In this document: piece by piece, positions 1 to 10,377 of the stretch
Layout: each line of letters opens with the position of its first letter
Position numbering within the stretch: the stretch's first letter is position 1
Assembly: GCA_963675755.2 (NCBI GenBank)
Contig: CAXXMD010000003.1
Coordinates: 1 to 64,000 of the forward strand
DNA from: a bacterium
GTDB taxonomy: Bacteria; Zhuqueibacterota; Zhuqueibacteria; Residuimicrobiales; Krinioviventaceae
Length of the DNA stretch: 64,000 nt
Direction: 5' to 3'
Made by a program: the position numbers and the translations under genes
Notes under the pieces: generated by a model
Told to the model about the DNA's origin: nothing
Seen by the model: only the letters and a program-made list of their open reading frames with translations
Databases searched by the model: none

Positions 1-384
1 CCGGTCAAGCATATCCGCTACCAGACTTTTTCGCTCGCTGCCCTTTACTTTTTTGTACAATAGCGGAGTTTCCAGGTTTTCATAAACAGTCAGTTCATCA
101 ATAAGATGATAAGCCTGAAACACAAAACCAATATTTTGCTGATGCAATGCCGTACGTTTTTTTTCATTCAACGCGTGTACAGCTTCATCATTGAAATAAT
201 ATTCCCCTTCAGACATGTCATCCAACATCCCGATTATATGCAGCAATGTGGATTTACCCGCTCCGGAAGGCCCCATAATAGTTACAAACTCACCCTCCTC
301 TATCTCCAGATCAATATCCCTCAGCACCCAGGTCTTGACAAACTTGTTGGAATAGTACTTTTCAATGTCTTTTAAACGGATCAT
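1..384 (-). CDS. ABC transporter ATP-binding protein, LolD/MacB family (3' end runs off the window)
   Basis: Not in the ORF track. Read by hand from ATG at 384: MIRLKDIEKYYSNKFVKTWVLRDIDLEIEEGEFVTIMGPSGAGKSTLLHIIGMLD...IGFVFQAYHLIDELTVYENLETPL, with Walker A and Q-loop. GGAG upstream. Confidence 0.93.
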   Translation of the reverse strand, partial: MIRLKDIEKYYSNKFVKTWVLRDIDLEIEEGEFVTIMGPSGAGKSTLLHIIGMLDDMSEGEYYFNDEAVHALNEKKRTALHQQNIGFVFQAYHLIDELTVYENLETPLLYKKVKGSERKSLVADMLDR

Positions 385-437
385 TCTAATTCTCCACGTT
401 AATTGTATATATATTATTTTATACTTTTTTTATAATA

Positions 438-471
438 AATAGCTCTTAGCTTAGAGCTATTAGCTAATAGC
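438..471. repeat. 7-bp-periodic AGC-class repeat tract (self-palindromic)
   Basis: tagctct-tagctta-gagctat-tagctaa-tagc; includes the perfect 16-bp palindrome gctattagctaatagc (456-471); 5 nt from the stop of 477..2852. Confidence 0.85.
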
Positions 472-476
472 ATGTT

Positions 477-2852
477 TCATTCATACCTCAATGCCTCCAC
501 AGGATTCTCTCGTGCAGCTTTTAACACATTGTACATTATTGGCAGCATTACAAAAAATAGCGACAAGGCTATTGACATCACAAACACCAAAACTCCAATT
601 TGGATATGATAGGCAAAGTTTTCTAACCATTTATTCATAACCAAAACCACAATCGGTATCGATAAAGCAATAGCAATACCTACCACAACGTGAAATTCTC
701 TAACCAAATACAAAGAGATATCTACCAGTGTTGCACCCAAAACTTTTCGAATACCAATTTCTTTTGTACGTCGTTCAACAATAAAAAATGTCAAACCAAA
801 CAAACCCAATATGGTTATTAGCAAAGAAATGAATGTAAACATTCTAACCATTTTATTAAAATTAAGCTCATCCTTGTAAAATAGCCCAACATGATCTTCA
901 AAAAAAGAATAACGAAATTCCTTGTCAGCAAACATTTCATCCCATTTTGCATTCATACTTTTTAAAATATCAGATTGTGCTCCTGAATCTATATTAACAA
1001 TCAATTGGTAATTGGAGCTATTGTCAAACCACACACACAAAGGAGCTATTTCGTCTTTTAACGTGTGCAAATTAAAATCATTTACCACACCAATAATATT
1101 CTCAAATTTATAATCCAGTATATTATCGACACCAATTTGTTTAAACGCAGTTTCATTAATTATTGCAGAGTTTTGGGAATCATCTACCCTGAACCCACGT
1201 CCTTGAATCAATTCAAGGCCCAGTGTCCTTATAAAATCCTCATCAGCGAACATACCATTTGCGATAAATTGTTGATCCGGTTGATCTTGAACTGCCATAT
1301 TAAAATTGCCGGATATCCTCACTGGCGGCATATCCTCCATCAGCGTTGCGCTGTTTACCCCAGGCATATTTAAAATTTCATTCTTGAAAAGCAGAGCACG
1401 TTGATGCGCATTTTTCGCTGCTTTTGAATAGCCCATTGCAGCAATATCCTCCGCAGAAGGCATATTCTCTATCAGTAAAAGATTGTTTTGATCAAATCCC
1501 ATATTTTTTGTTTGCGTATACACAAGCTGTTTATAAATCACAAAACTCGAAGCAGTCATCACCATAAAAACAAAGAGCTGGGCAACAACAAATCCTTTCC
1601 AAAATCCAGTTCGAGTACTGATTTTGCTAAATGTTGAATGGAATATTTGATTGGGTTGAATACGAGTCATATATAATGCAATAATAATCCCTGGTACCAT
1701 GCCTGCAAACAAGGCAAGCATTGTTATACCTGTAAAGAATCCCCAATTCCCATCCTTAAACAATGACAAATTAACACCTAAAAAATTATTCATTACAGGA
1801 AAAAGTAATTCTGCGACAATGAATGCAATGGGTAATACAAATACAATCAAAAGCAATGACTCGCCTGGAATGTAAGAAACAAGACGAATCGTGCTGGCCC
1901 CCATCATTTTTCGCAAACCAATTTCTTTTGTCTGTGTAAACACACGGGTAATAGCAAGAACAACATGATTGAAAATTGCCATGAACAAAACCAGCAATGC
2001 AACAAATGAAAAAATGTATAAATTTTCTTTATTACCTGTTTCAAAATTATTTTGGCCAATACCTCTTGAATTCAGATACATCGCGCTTAATGGCTGCACT
2101 AAACAAGATTTTGTGCGCTCTTTTTGTTGATGTGTTAGCACAAGCTCAAGGGCCTTGTTTTTAAATTCAACAAAGCTGGCATTTTTTTTCAATAACACAA
2201 ATGTGTTCAATTTATAATCATACCAGTCATCCGGAGGAGCGATTCCATCAAAAGCTGACAATCCGGATGCGATAAAATCTACTTTTATTGACGACTGTTT
2301 CGGCAAATCTTTAAACACGCCAGCCACATAAAACTCTAAATCTCCCCCTCGTTTTTTTACCTTTAACGGTTCCTTTATAGATTTTTTTCCAAAATATTTA
2401 TCATTCATGGATTCAGATAAAAAGATCATGGATTTATTTTCATCCAAAACTCGAAAATCACCGGAAATCACCTCAATACTTAACACATCGAAAAGATCAG
2501 CATCCGCATACCAGAAATTTCGCTCACGAATGGATTTTCCTTTATAAAATATAGACACATTTGATTTTTCCATTCTGAAAGCCGTTTCAACTTCCGGCAC
2601 TTGTTTTTTTAATGCATCAGCCAATGCAACAGGAGTGCGGGCAGACTGCTTCCCGGACAAATCATCCATTTGAATGATTCGATATATTCTGTTTTTTTCC
2701 TCATGAAACTGATCATATCCGGTTTCATATAGAACGTACAAAAGAATAACAAAACAGATAGAAAGACCCGCCACAAATCCAATCATATTTAAACCGGTAT
2801 ACATCTTGTTATGCATTAACTTGCGCCAAAACCTGCTAACAGTTCCTATCAT
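477..2852 (-). CDS. ABC transporter permease, duplicated MacB-PCD/FtsX architecture (array copy 13 in transcription order)
   Basis: 791 aa; YDQFH, two KEIG(L/I)RK motifs, DFNLHTL, C-terminal NPVEALRYE. Confidence 0.95.
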   Translation of the reverse strand: MIGTVSRFWRKLMHNKMYTGLNMIGFVAGLSICFVILLYVLYETGYDQFHEEKNRIYRIIQMDDLSGKQSARTPVALADALKKQVPEVETAFRMEKSNVSIFYKGKSIRERNFWYADADLFDVLSIEVISGDFRVLDENKSMIFLSESMNDKYFGKKSIKEPLKVKKRGGDLEFYVAGVFKDLPKQSSIKVDFIASGLSAFDGIAPPDDWYDYKLNTFVLLKKNASFVEFKNKALELVLTHQQKERTKSCLVQPLSAMYLNSRGIGQNNFETGNKENLYIFSFVALLVLFMAIFNHVVLAITRVFTQTKEIGLRKMMGASTIRLVSYIPGESLLLIVFVLPIAFIVAELLFPVMNNFLGVNLSLFKDGNWGFFTGITMLALFAGMVPGIIIALYMTRIQPNQIFHSTFSKISTRTGFWKGFVVAQLFVFMVMTASSFVIYKQLVYTQTKNMGFDQNNLLLIENMPSAEDIAAMGYSKAAKNAHQRALLFKNEILNMPGVNSATLMEDMPPVRISGNFNMAVQDQPDQQFIANGMFADEDFIRTLGLELIQGRGFRVDDSQNSAIINETAFKQIGVDNILDYKFENIIGVVNDFNLHTLKDEIAPLCVWFDNSSNYQLIVNIDSGAQSDILKSMNAKWDEMFADKEFRYSFFEDHVGLFYKDELNFNKMVRMFTFISLLITILGLFGLTFFIVERRTKEIGIRKVLGATLVDISLYLVREFHVVVGIAIALSIPIVVLVMNKWLENFAYHIQIGVLVFVMSIALSLFFVMLPIMYNVLKAARENPVEALRYE

Positions 2853-2946
2853 ACGTCCCCCTCTAATTTCAAATTTACATTCATTTTTTATTAAAATTCT
2901 TTTCTATAAATTCAAATCGATTCAGTATTTTTCAAGTAATGTCTAT

Positions 2947-2979
2947 TTACTGATTACTAATAACTGATAACTGACTACT
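2947..2979. repeat. 7-bp-periodic ACTGA-class arm
   Basis: ttactga-ttactaa-taactga-taactga-ctact, abutting the stop at 2980; only a remnant of the opposite arm (ttcagtatt, ~2921). Confidence 0.85.
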
Positions 2980-5391
2980 TTATTCATACCTCAACGTATC
3001 CACCGGATTGGTTTGTGCCGCCCGAAAAGCCTGTGTGGTTACCGTAAGCAAAGTGATGATCCAAACAACAATCAGCGGAAGCAAAAACAGCAATACATTC
3101 AGATCCATCTTTTGCACAAAATCATTCAGCCAGAGTTGGATCCCATAAATACCGGCAGGCAGCGCAACAATAAACGCAATACCAAGTAACAACAAGAAAT
3201 CTTTGGCAAACATGAATACAATTCCAGGAATATTGGCACCCAATACCTTACGAATACCAACCTCTTTGGTTCGCTGAACCGCACTGTATGCCGAAAGTCC
3301 CAAAATCCCCAAACAAGTCACCAGTACCGCAAGGATCGAAAACAATCCAATCACCTGACCAAACATTTGGTCAGCTTTATACTGTTGATCATAATATTCG
3401 TCCAGGAAATAGAAATCAAACGGATTCCCCGGGAAAAACTGGGCCCACAATTCCTCTACTTGTTTCATCGTCTGTGGAATGGATTTACCATCCAGATTCA
3501 GGGCAAATACTCCAAAATACGCAGTGGGATAATAGCGAAATATCTGAGGTTCAAAATCATCCTTGACTGTCTGCTGATGATAATTTTTCACCACACCAAT
3601 AATGGGATAAATCTTTTCCCAATAACTGACTTCACTCCCAACCGCTTCTTCCGCGGATTTGAATCCCATCCATTCTACAGCTTTTTCGTTCAGCATCAAT
3701 GCGCCCTTGTCTGACGAAAACTCCCGGGAAAATGGACGTCCCGCCACTATTTCCAAATCAAACATATCTATAAAATTAAAATCCACGCCTGTGATCATAT
3801 AATTTCGATTATGGGTCTGATCACTCCCCTTTTTCCGGATGCCGCCATTGTCCCAGAAAAACTGGCGTCCCGGCACCTCAGTCACAAAACATGCATCCGT
3901 CACACCGGATAAACGTTTGGCTTCGGTTTTAAAGGATTCAAACTTTTCTTCCTTACCTTCTTCTGCCACTACCCTGGGGACCTTGAACACCAACGTTTGA
4001 TTCATTGCAAAACCCAAATCCTGATTCCGCATAAACCGGATCTGGTTATAAATTGCAAATGTTCCCATTATTAATAGCAATGCAATAATGAACTGGGTTA
4101 ACAAAAGTACTTTGCGCAGTCCCATACCTCTGAACCCTGCACTGTTTTTTACTTTTAATACCTTTTGCGGCTTGAATGATGTGAGCAAAACAACGGGATA
4201 ACTTGCGGAGAACACAACTCCTGCAACAAATAAAATAGCCAGTCCAACCCAGAACCACATACGGTTCATTAATGAATACATATCCGGTATTCCGGTAAAA
4301 TGCTGAAATTGAGGTAAAACCAAAACAATCAAGACCAGTGCTGTCAATACGGACAATGCATTCACAATAACCGTCTCCAGCAAAAACTGGGCGCCCAAAT
4401 GTCTGCGCGATGCGCCAACAACCTTGCGTATACCCACCTCTTTTGCCCTGCTCATTGCCCTTGCTGTCGACAAATTGATATAATTGATCCACGCCATCAA
4501 AACAATAAAAACTGCAATAATAGACAAGATACGCACGGTATCCTGACTGCCATTCACTTTAAATTCCTGCAAATAATGCGATTTTAAATGTATATCTGCT
4601 AATGGTTGTAATTTTAAATAAACATGTACACCATATTTTTCAATCCATTCTTTAAACTCGTTTTCAACACTGTTCAAAATTTGTGATTGCAATTCCTGAA
4701 CATCTGTTCCCTTGGTCAGGCGTAAATAAGTAAAAAATCCGGTATACCCCCACGCCTCTTGCAATTCCTGTCCCTTTAAGGTTATCAGGTCCTTATATGC
4801 CAGCAATACATCACATTGGATATGCGAATTCTCGGGAAAATCTTTATAAACACCGGTTATTATATAACTATTGTCTTTGTCCACCTGAAACATTTTCCCT
4901 GTGGCTGGTTCATCTCCAAAATATTTTTTCGCAACCGAACTGGCAATCAATGCGGTTCCGGGTTTAACCAGAGCGCTGTCAAAAGTTCCGTTAACCAGAG
5001 AAAATGTAAAAACATCCAAAAGCTCCGGTTCAGCAAAAAACATAAACTCTTCGGTAAACTTTTTTTGCTCAAAAGACATGACCGCTTTATATCTGTACAA
5101 ACGCCCAATCTTTTCAATCTGCGGAAACTTTTCTTTAACAAAAGGAGCTCCGGGGGGACAACAAGAGGCAAACTGCACAATGGTGCCTTCATCAGCTGTC
5201 CGCTCATACCGTAAACGATAGATCTGTTCATAATCATTGTGAAATTTATCAAAACTGGTTTCATAATGGATATAATGAAAAATCAACAGGCACGAAACAA
5301 TGCCGATACTCAGGCCAATAATATTGAGCAATGTAAAAAATCTGGATTTTAATAAATTCCGAACCGCCACTCTAAAATAATTTTGAAACAT
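2980..5391 (-). CDS. ABC transporter permease, MacB/FtsX family
   Basis: 803 aa; SFDKFH, NYINLSTARAMSRAKEVGIRKVVGA, NPVDTLRYE. Confidence 0.95.
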   Translation of the reverse strand: MFQNYFRVAVRNLLKSRFFTLLNIIGLSIGIVSCLLIFHYIHYETSFDKFHNDYEQIYRLRYERTADEGTIVQFASCCPPGAPFVKEKFPQIEKIGRLYRYKAVMSFEQKKFTEEFMFFAEPELLDVFTFSLVNGTFDSALVKPGTALIASSVAKKYFGDEPATGKMFQVDKDNSYIITGVYKDFPENSHIQCDVLLAYKDLITLKGQELQEAWGYTGFFTYLRLTKGTDVQELQSQILNSVENEFKEWIEKYGVHVYLKLQPLADIHLKSHYLQEFKVNGSQDTVRILSIIAVFIVLMAWINYINLSTARAMSRAKEVGIRKVVGASRRHLGAQFLLETVIVNALSVLTALVLIVLVLPQFQHFTGIPDMYSLMNRMWFWVGLAILFVAGVVFSASYPVVLLTSFKPQKVLKVKNSAGFRGMGLRKVLLLTQFIIALLLIMGTFAIYNQIRFMRNQDLGFAMNQTLVFKVPRVVAEEGKEEKFESFKTEAKRLSGVTDACFVTEVPGRQFFWDNGGIRKKGSDQTHNRNYMITGVDFNFIDMFDLEIVAGRPFSREFSSDKGALMLNEKAVEWMGFKSAEEAVGSEVSYWEKIYPIIGVVKNYHQQTVKDDFEPQIFRYYPTAYFGVFALNLDGKSIPQTMKQVEELWAQFFPGNPFDFYFLDEYYDQQYKADQMFGQVIGLFSILAVLVTCLGILGLSAYSAVQRTKEVGIRKVLGANIPGIVFMFAKDFLLLLGIAFIVALPAGIYGIQLWLNDFVQKMDLNVLLFLLPLIVVWIITLLTVTTQAFRAAQTNPVDTLRYE

Positions 5392-5445
5392 TGTTATCCC
5401 TTTTAAATTTATTCAATTGAATATGCCATTCAACTTTAATTATTT

Positions 5446-5527
5446 CTAGTTTTCAGTCGTCAGTTACTAAATTACAACTATCTGTTTCGTTTTTTTACTG
5501 ACAACTAACTACTGATAACCGATTACT
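5446..5527. repeat. Inverted pair of 7-bp ACTGA-class arms (hairpin element)
   Basis: ctagttt-tcagtcg-tcagtta ... ttactga-caactaa-ctactga-taaccga-ttact, abutting the stop at 5528. Confidence 0.85.
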
Positions 5528-7876
5528 TTACTCAAACCTCAACGCATCTACCGGATTTGCATTTGCTGCCTTGACAGATTGCCAGCTCACAGTTAACACG
5601 GCAAAAGCAAAAGCCAGAATGCCCGCCAATAAAAATATCCATAAATTGAGATGGATCCGGTACACATAGCTTTGCAGCCATTTGTTCATCAAAAACCACG
5701 AAACCGGCCAGGCAATAATATTCGCAATCAGCACCCATTTCCCAAAATCAATAAAAGTTTTAAAAATAATACCGGACACCTCGGCTCCCAAAATTTTACG
5801 GATTCCAATCTCTTTGGTGCGCTGTTCATTTAAAAATGTCGACAAACCAAACAATCCCAGGCAAGAGACAAATACAGCAAGTATGGTGGACAAGAGGATT
5901 ATCTTTTGAGAAAATTCCTGTGTCTGGTTGAACTTGTGCGAAACATCACTCAAATATTGATAATTCAAGGGCCGTTCCGGACTGAACCGATCACACGTTT
6001 CGCGTATAAAACCTACTGTTTTGGTAATTTCTCTAATATCTTTTAATTCAGGGTTTATTTTTATAAACAGATATTTACTTGCTGCTGTATTTAATCCAAA
6101 TGCAAGGGGTTCGGGTTTTCCGGTTAATGTTTTATTATGATGAAAATCTTTAACAATTCCAACCAGCGTTATATAACGATCATTCACAAAAAAAGGAACG
6201 CCTGCTTTCATCTCCATACCTGCTGCCTTGATCGCTGCTTCATTTACAACCACAGCGCCTTTTGCATCATTGGGATATTCCGGGGAGAAATATCGTCCAT
6301 CTACCAATTCCAGATCAAACGTCTCAAGAAAATCATATCCGGTTTCTGTATAACACAATCGACGACTTTTTTGATCATTTACACCCCATTGAAAAAAAGA
6401 CCCGTTTAAAATTGAATTGGGAAGATTTGATGCGGTAGTCACAGTTGTAATCTGCGGATCCTGCAACAATTCCTGTTTCAGGGGCTGATAACTATTTTGA
6501 ATATCTCCATCCATTTGAACATAGATCACATTGCTTTCATTGACACCCAGGTTAAAACTTTTCACATATTTCACTTGAGAGCTTATCACAATCGCCATAA
6601 TCACAAAGCCAATCGAAAAAACAAATTGCACAACTATTAAAGTTTTTCGCAATCTTCCTCGGGCGGAAGATAAAGACTGTTGCTTGAATATCCTGACGGG
6701 TTGAAATCGAGATAAATACAAAGCAGGATATCCACCGGCAAGTAATCCTGCAATAACCAACAAACCTACAAATCCAATCCAAAATACAGGATCAGCAAGA
6801 TCGAGACTGATTGCCTTACCGGTCATTTGGTTAAATTTGTTTAATAAAAGACGTATAATTATAAGGGCGAGTACTCCCGCCATTCCGGTCAAGAGTAAAG
6901 ATTCACCTATAAACTGTTTCGCAATTTCGAACCGACTCGCCCCGGTCACCTTGCGTACACCTATTTCTCTTGCACGAACGGTAGCGCGTGCTGTAGCCAG
7001 ATTCATAAAATTAATACAGGCAATGGATAATATAATCAGGGCAATTAACGCAAGAATCAGATTGCGTGTTTCCCCTCCGGTATCAAACATATAGGTATCG
7101 TTAAAGGGCATCAATACAATCTCAAAAGATATAGTCTCCCCCTTTGAAAAAATTCGTTGACTGATCTTGTCAGATAAATCCTGGTAATCAATTCCGGCAT
7201 CCAGTAAAACATAGGTTAAATATTGACATGGGAAAAACGGAGTTCCTTCTATATCTTGCCCCAGCTTTTTTAAAAACTCCAGAGGCAACACATAGGTAAA
7301 GGTCCTGTATGCATTTTCAGGAAGGTCCTCAACAATACCGGTTACCTTGAAGTCAAATTTATTATCATAACGAATCACTTGCCCCAGAGCATTCTCATTA
7401 CCAAAATATTTTTTGGCCAATGATTCGGTAAGTACGATACTTTCAGGATCCTGCAACGCAGTTTCAGGATCACCGGAAATGAACGTATATGAAAAAACAT
7501 TAAAAATAGACGGGTCCGCGGAAATACCACCCGTCTCTAATATCCGGGTTTCACCAATTTTTATTACATGCGGGGCCATCAATCTGACTCGTACCGATTC
7601 TATGATTTCAGGATATTCGGATTTAAAAATATTTGCAATGGCGGGTGATACGGTAGACTGCAAGTTGGTATTTTCACCCTGTGTGCTTTTTAAATATGCC
7701 TGACACATTCTGTCCCGGTTTTCATGAAAACTGTCAACACTCAATTCATTCTGTATCCATAAAAGAATTAAAATCGAACAGCTCAATCCAATAGCCAGAC
7801 CAGCTACATTGATAAAAGAATAGGTCTTGTATTTCATTAAATTCCGAAAAACCGTTTTAAACAAATTCTTGATCAT
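5528..7876 (-). CDS. ABC transporter permease, MacB/FtsX family
   Basis: 782 aa; NFMNLATARATVRAREIGVRKVTGA, NPVDALRFE. Confidence 0.95.
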   Translation of the reverse strand: MIKNLFKTVFRNLMKYKTYSFINVAGLAIGLSCSILILLWIQNELSVDSFHENRDRMCQAYLKSTQGENTNLQSTVSPAIANIFKSEYPEIIESVRVRLMAPHVIKIGETRILETGGISADPSIFNVFSYTFISGDPETALQDPESIVLTESLAKKYFGNENALGQVIRYDNKFDFKVTGIVEDLPENAYRTFTYVLPLEFLKKLGQDIEGTPFFPCQYLTYVLLDAGIDYQDLSDKISQRIFSKGETISFEIVLMPFNDTYMFDTGGETRNLILALIALIILSIACINFMNLATARATVRAREIGVRKVTGASRFEIAKQFIGESLLLTGMAGVLALIIIRLLLNKFNQMTGKAISLDLADPVFWIGFVGLLVIAGLLAGGYPALYLSRFQPVRIFKQQSLSSARGRLRKTLIVVQFVFSIGFVIMAIVISSQVKYVKSFNLGVNESNVIYVQMDGDIQNSYQPLKQELLQDPQITTVTTASNLPNSILNGSFFQWGVNDQKSRRLCYTETGYDFLETFDLELVDGRYFSPEYPNDAKGAVVVNEAAIKAAGMEMKAGVPFFVNDRYITLVGIVKDFHHNKTLTGKPEPLAFGLNTAASKYLFIKINPELKDIREITKTVGFIRETCDRFSPERPLNYQYLSDVSHKFNQTQEFSQKIILLSTILAVFVSCLGLFGLSTFLNEQRTKEIGIRKILGAEVSGIIFKTFIDFGKWVLIANIIAWPVSWFLMNKWLQSYVYRIHLNLWIFLLAGILAFAFAVLTVSWQSVKAANANPVDALRFE

Positions 7877-7937
7877 TTTGTTAACCTCAATTCATAATAA
7901 CTAGATAACAACAAACATCTACCAGATAGCGATCTTA

Positions 7938-10298
7938 CTATTCATATTTCAGCGTCTTGGCCGGACTCAAAGTTGCAGCTTTTATAGATTGCAGAACCAA
8001 AGCAAAAAGTGCTAATCCAATCAAAGAAAAACCAGATACAATAAATATCCACCAATGCATGTCCACACGAAATGTAAAGTTCTGAAGCCATGTATTCATA
8101 ATCCAATATGCAATGGGACTCGAAATAATCATGGCAATAATTCCCAGCAATATAAACTCACGGGACAATCCAGCAATAATATCAATAACTGATGCGCCCA
8201 GTATTTTCCGAACACCAATTTCTTTAATTCTTCGTTCTGTATTAAAAGCAGCCAATCCTATTAAACCCATAATAGTAATAATTATGGCAAGCAAAGTAAC
8301 ATATAGTAGAATCGTACGCGTAAATTCTTCCATCTTATAATGACGATATATTACCTCATCCAGAAATGTAAAAGAAAATTCCTGATCAGGTATAATCTCA
8401 CTAAATACCTTGTGAATTTCATCCAATGTTTTATGCATTTGTCCCTGTTCAACCTTGATATAAAGCTGCCCCCCATTCACTGTATTGTAAAGAACAAAGG
8501 GACGAATGGGTTTGTGTAATGATTCTGTGTGATAATTTTTGACAACACCAATAATAACTCCTGACATTTCCATCATTGAATTTTCAGCCCAGGTAATCTG
8601 TTTGCCAAGAGGTTCTGAAATCCCCATTGCTTTAACTGCTTCTTCATTTACCACACAAGCATTACTCAAATCAGAAGGATGTTCGCTCGAAAAGAATCTG
8701 CCTTGAGCCATTTCAAGGTTAAAAGTCTTTAGATAATCATCATCAACCCGATTAAAGCCAACATCAAAAACATTATCCGGATCTTTCCCAGGCCAACTCA
8801 AACCTGCTGATGCCTGCCATTGAGTCATGTCAAATTGCGCCAAAGTAGCACTTTTTATATTTATATTTTTCAATAATTCTTTTTTTAATACATGACTTTT
8901 TTCCATCACTTTGTTGTGAATAGGAACAATAACAATATTTTCATGATCAAATCCCAGAGGCTTTGTTTGTAAAAAATGTACCTGATAATAAATAATAGAC
9001 ACACATATAATAAAAAAAATGGACAAGGTAAATTGTACGGTTACCAAAAGCTTACGAAGCACAGAAGGTTTGGTATAAATGTTATTTGCTGAATTGCTCT
9101 TTAACAAGCCCACAGGAATTAATCCTGACATAAAAAAAGCGGGATAACCACCGGCAGCAATACCTGTAACCATCACAAGAATCAACAATGTTGCCCAATG
9201 GTCCGTAACAATAAATTTCAGTTGTTCACCCAAAAGTGTATTTACAAAAGGCAGAACCAGTTTTACAAAAAGAACTGAGATAATTAATGCAAAAACACTA
9301 AACAATACAGATTCGAGTAAGAATTGCACCAAGAGTTGATATCGGCCTGCACCTATTACTTTTTTAACAGCAATCTCTTTTGTTCGTACTGAAGCACGTG
9401 CTGTAGACATGTTTACATAATTAATGCAAGCCATAACCAGAATAAATAATGCCAATAAGGAAAAGATATAAACATATACAATTCTGCCGCCCTGGCCATC
9501 AAGTGCATGTAAATGAATATCTTTTAATGGTTGTAAAAATAAATAATTAGGAGAACCATCAGGATTTAAATCATTATAAACAGAAATTATCTTTTCATTT
9601 ACATTTTGCATATCAATATTATCATGCAACATGACAAATAATTGACCGCTTTTAATGCTTGTGCTTTTAAATACCTCAGGTGAATACTGGTATGGAAGTA
9701 AAAAATCAAACTGAATATGCGAATTTACCGGTGGCGTTTTAATAACTGCAGCAACTGAAAATTGAGAATTTCCCAGCATTATACTTTTTCCCAAAGCGGG
9801 TTCATTGCTGAACAACTTTTTTTCCACCTTGTCTGTAATCACGATACTCTTGGGTTCAGACAATGCGGTTGAAGCATTACCCGATATCAATGAAAAAGAA
9901 AACATGTCTAAAAAATCAGGATGAACGATTCCAGCCGAGGCAAACATTTCTTTTCCCTGGTTGGAAAGATTCCAACTCGGATTACCAAAAAAAGAAGCAT
10001 AACTGATCTCTGGATATTTTTCAACCAAGATTTCAGCCAAACCGCCTGGCATCACAGGGCTATAAAATACTTTTTCATCAGTGTTGTTTGTATCAGTATA
10101 AAAACAAATACGATATAATTGATCAAAATTTTTGTGAAACCGATCAAACCCAAGTTCATGTTCAACCCAAAGCATAATTATAATCGAACAGGCTATCCCT
10201 ATAGCCAATCCCACAATATTGTTAATTGTGTAAATTTTATTTTTCATTACCTGTCGAAAAATAATTCTGATATTGTTCAAGTTAATTCTCCTGTTCAT
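7938..10298 (-). CDS. ABC transporter permease, MacB/FtsX family
   Basis: 786 aa; NYVNMSTARASVRTKEIAVKKVIGA, SPAKTLKYE. Confidence 0.95.
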   Translation of the reverse strand: MNRRINLNNIRIIFRQVMKNKIYTINNIVGLAIGIACSIIIMLWVEHELGFDRFHKNFDQLYRICFYTDTNNTDEKVFYSPVMPGGLAEILVEKYPEISYASFFGNPSWNLSNQGKEMFASAGIVHPDFLDMFSFSLISGNASTALSEPKSIVITDKVEKKLFSNEPALGKSIMLGNSQFSVAAVIKTPPVNSHIQFDFLLPYQYSPEVFKSTSIKSGQLFVMLHDNIDMQNVNEKIISVYNDLNPDGSPNYLFLQPLKDIHLHALDGQGGRIVYVYIFSLLALFILVMACINYVNMSTARASVRTKEIAVKKVIGAGRYQLLVQFLLESVLFSVFALIISVLFVKLVLPFVNTLLGEQLKFIVTDHWATLLILVMVTGIAAGGYPAFFMSGLIPVGLLKSNSANNIYTKPSVLRKLLVTVQFTLSIFFIICVSIIYYQVHFLQTKPLGFDHENIVIVPIHNKVMEKSHVLKKELLKNINIKSATLAQFDMTQWQASAGLSWPGKDPDNVFDVGFNRVDDDYLKTFNLEMAQGRFFSSEHPSDLSNACVVNEEAVKAMGISEPLGKQITWAENSMMEMSGVIIGVVKNYHTESLHKPIRPFVLYNTVNGGQLYIKVEQGQMHKTLDEIHKVFSEIIPDQEFSFTFLDEVIYRHYKMEEFTRTILLYVTLLAIIITIMGLIGLAAFNTERRIKEIGVRKILGASVIDIIAGLSREFILLGIIAMIISSPIAYWIMNTWLQNFTFRVDMHWWIFIVSGFSLIGLALFALVLQSIKAATLSPAKTLKYE

Positions 10299-10350
10299 TT
10301 CTTGATGTTATTAGCATCCATCAACTTTTTTCTGGTTTCACTTCTTGCAT

Positions 10351-10374
10351 CGGTTCCTGAACTTGTCAAAGGAC
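10351..10374. repeat. Degenerate REP-like half element (CCCTTCGACAAGCTCAGG type)
   Basis: Minus strand GTCCTTTGACAAGTTCAGGAACCG, 3 nt after the stop at 10378; single copy, recognised by resemblance only. Confidence 0.45.
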
Positions 10375-10377
10375 ACC

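Noticed and set aside
106-375. 89-aa plus-strand ORF
   Set aside because: It is antisense to the clear ABC ATPase on the minus strand (1-384).
7877-7937. Heptamer arm at this junction
   Set aside because: Only a short atct-acc-agat dyad; no 7-bp periodicity.
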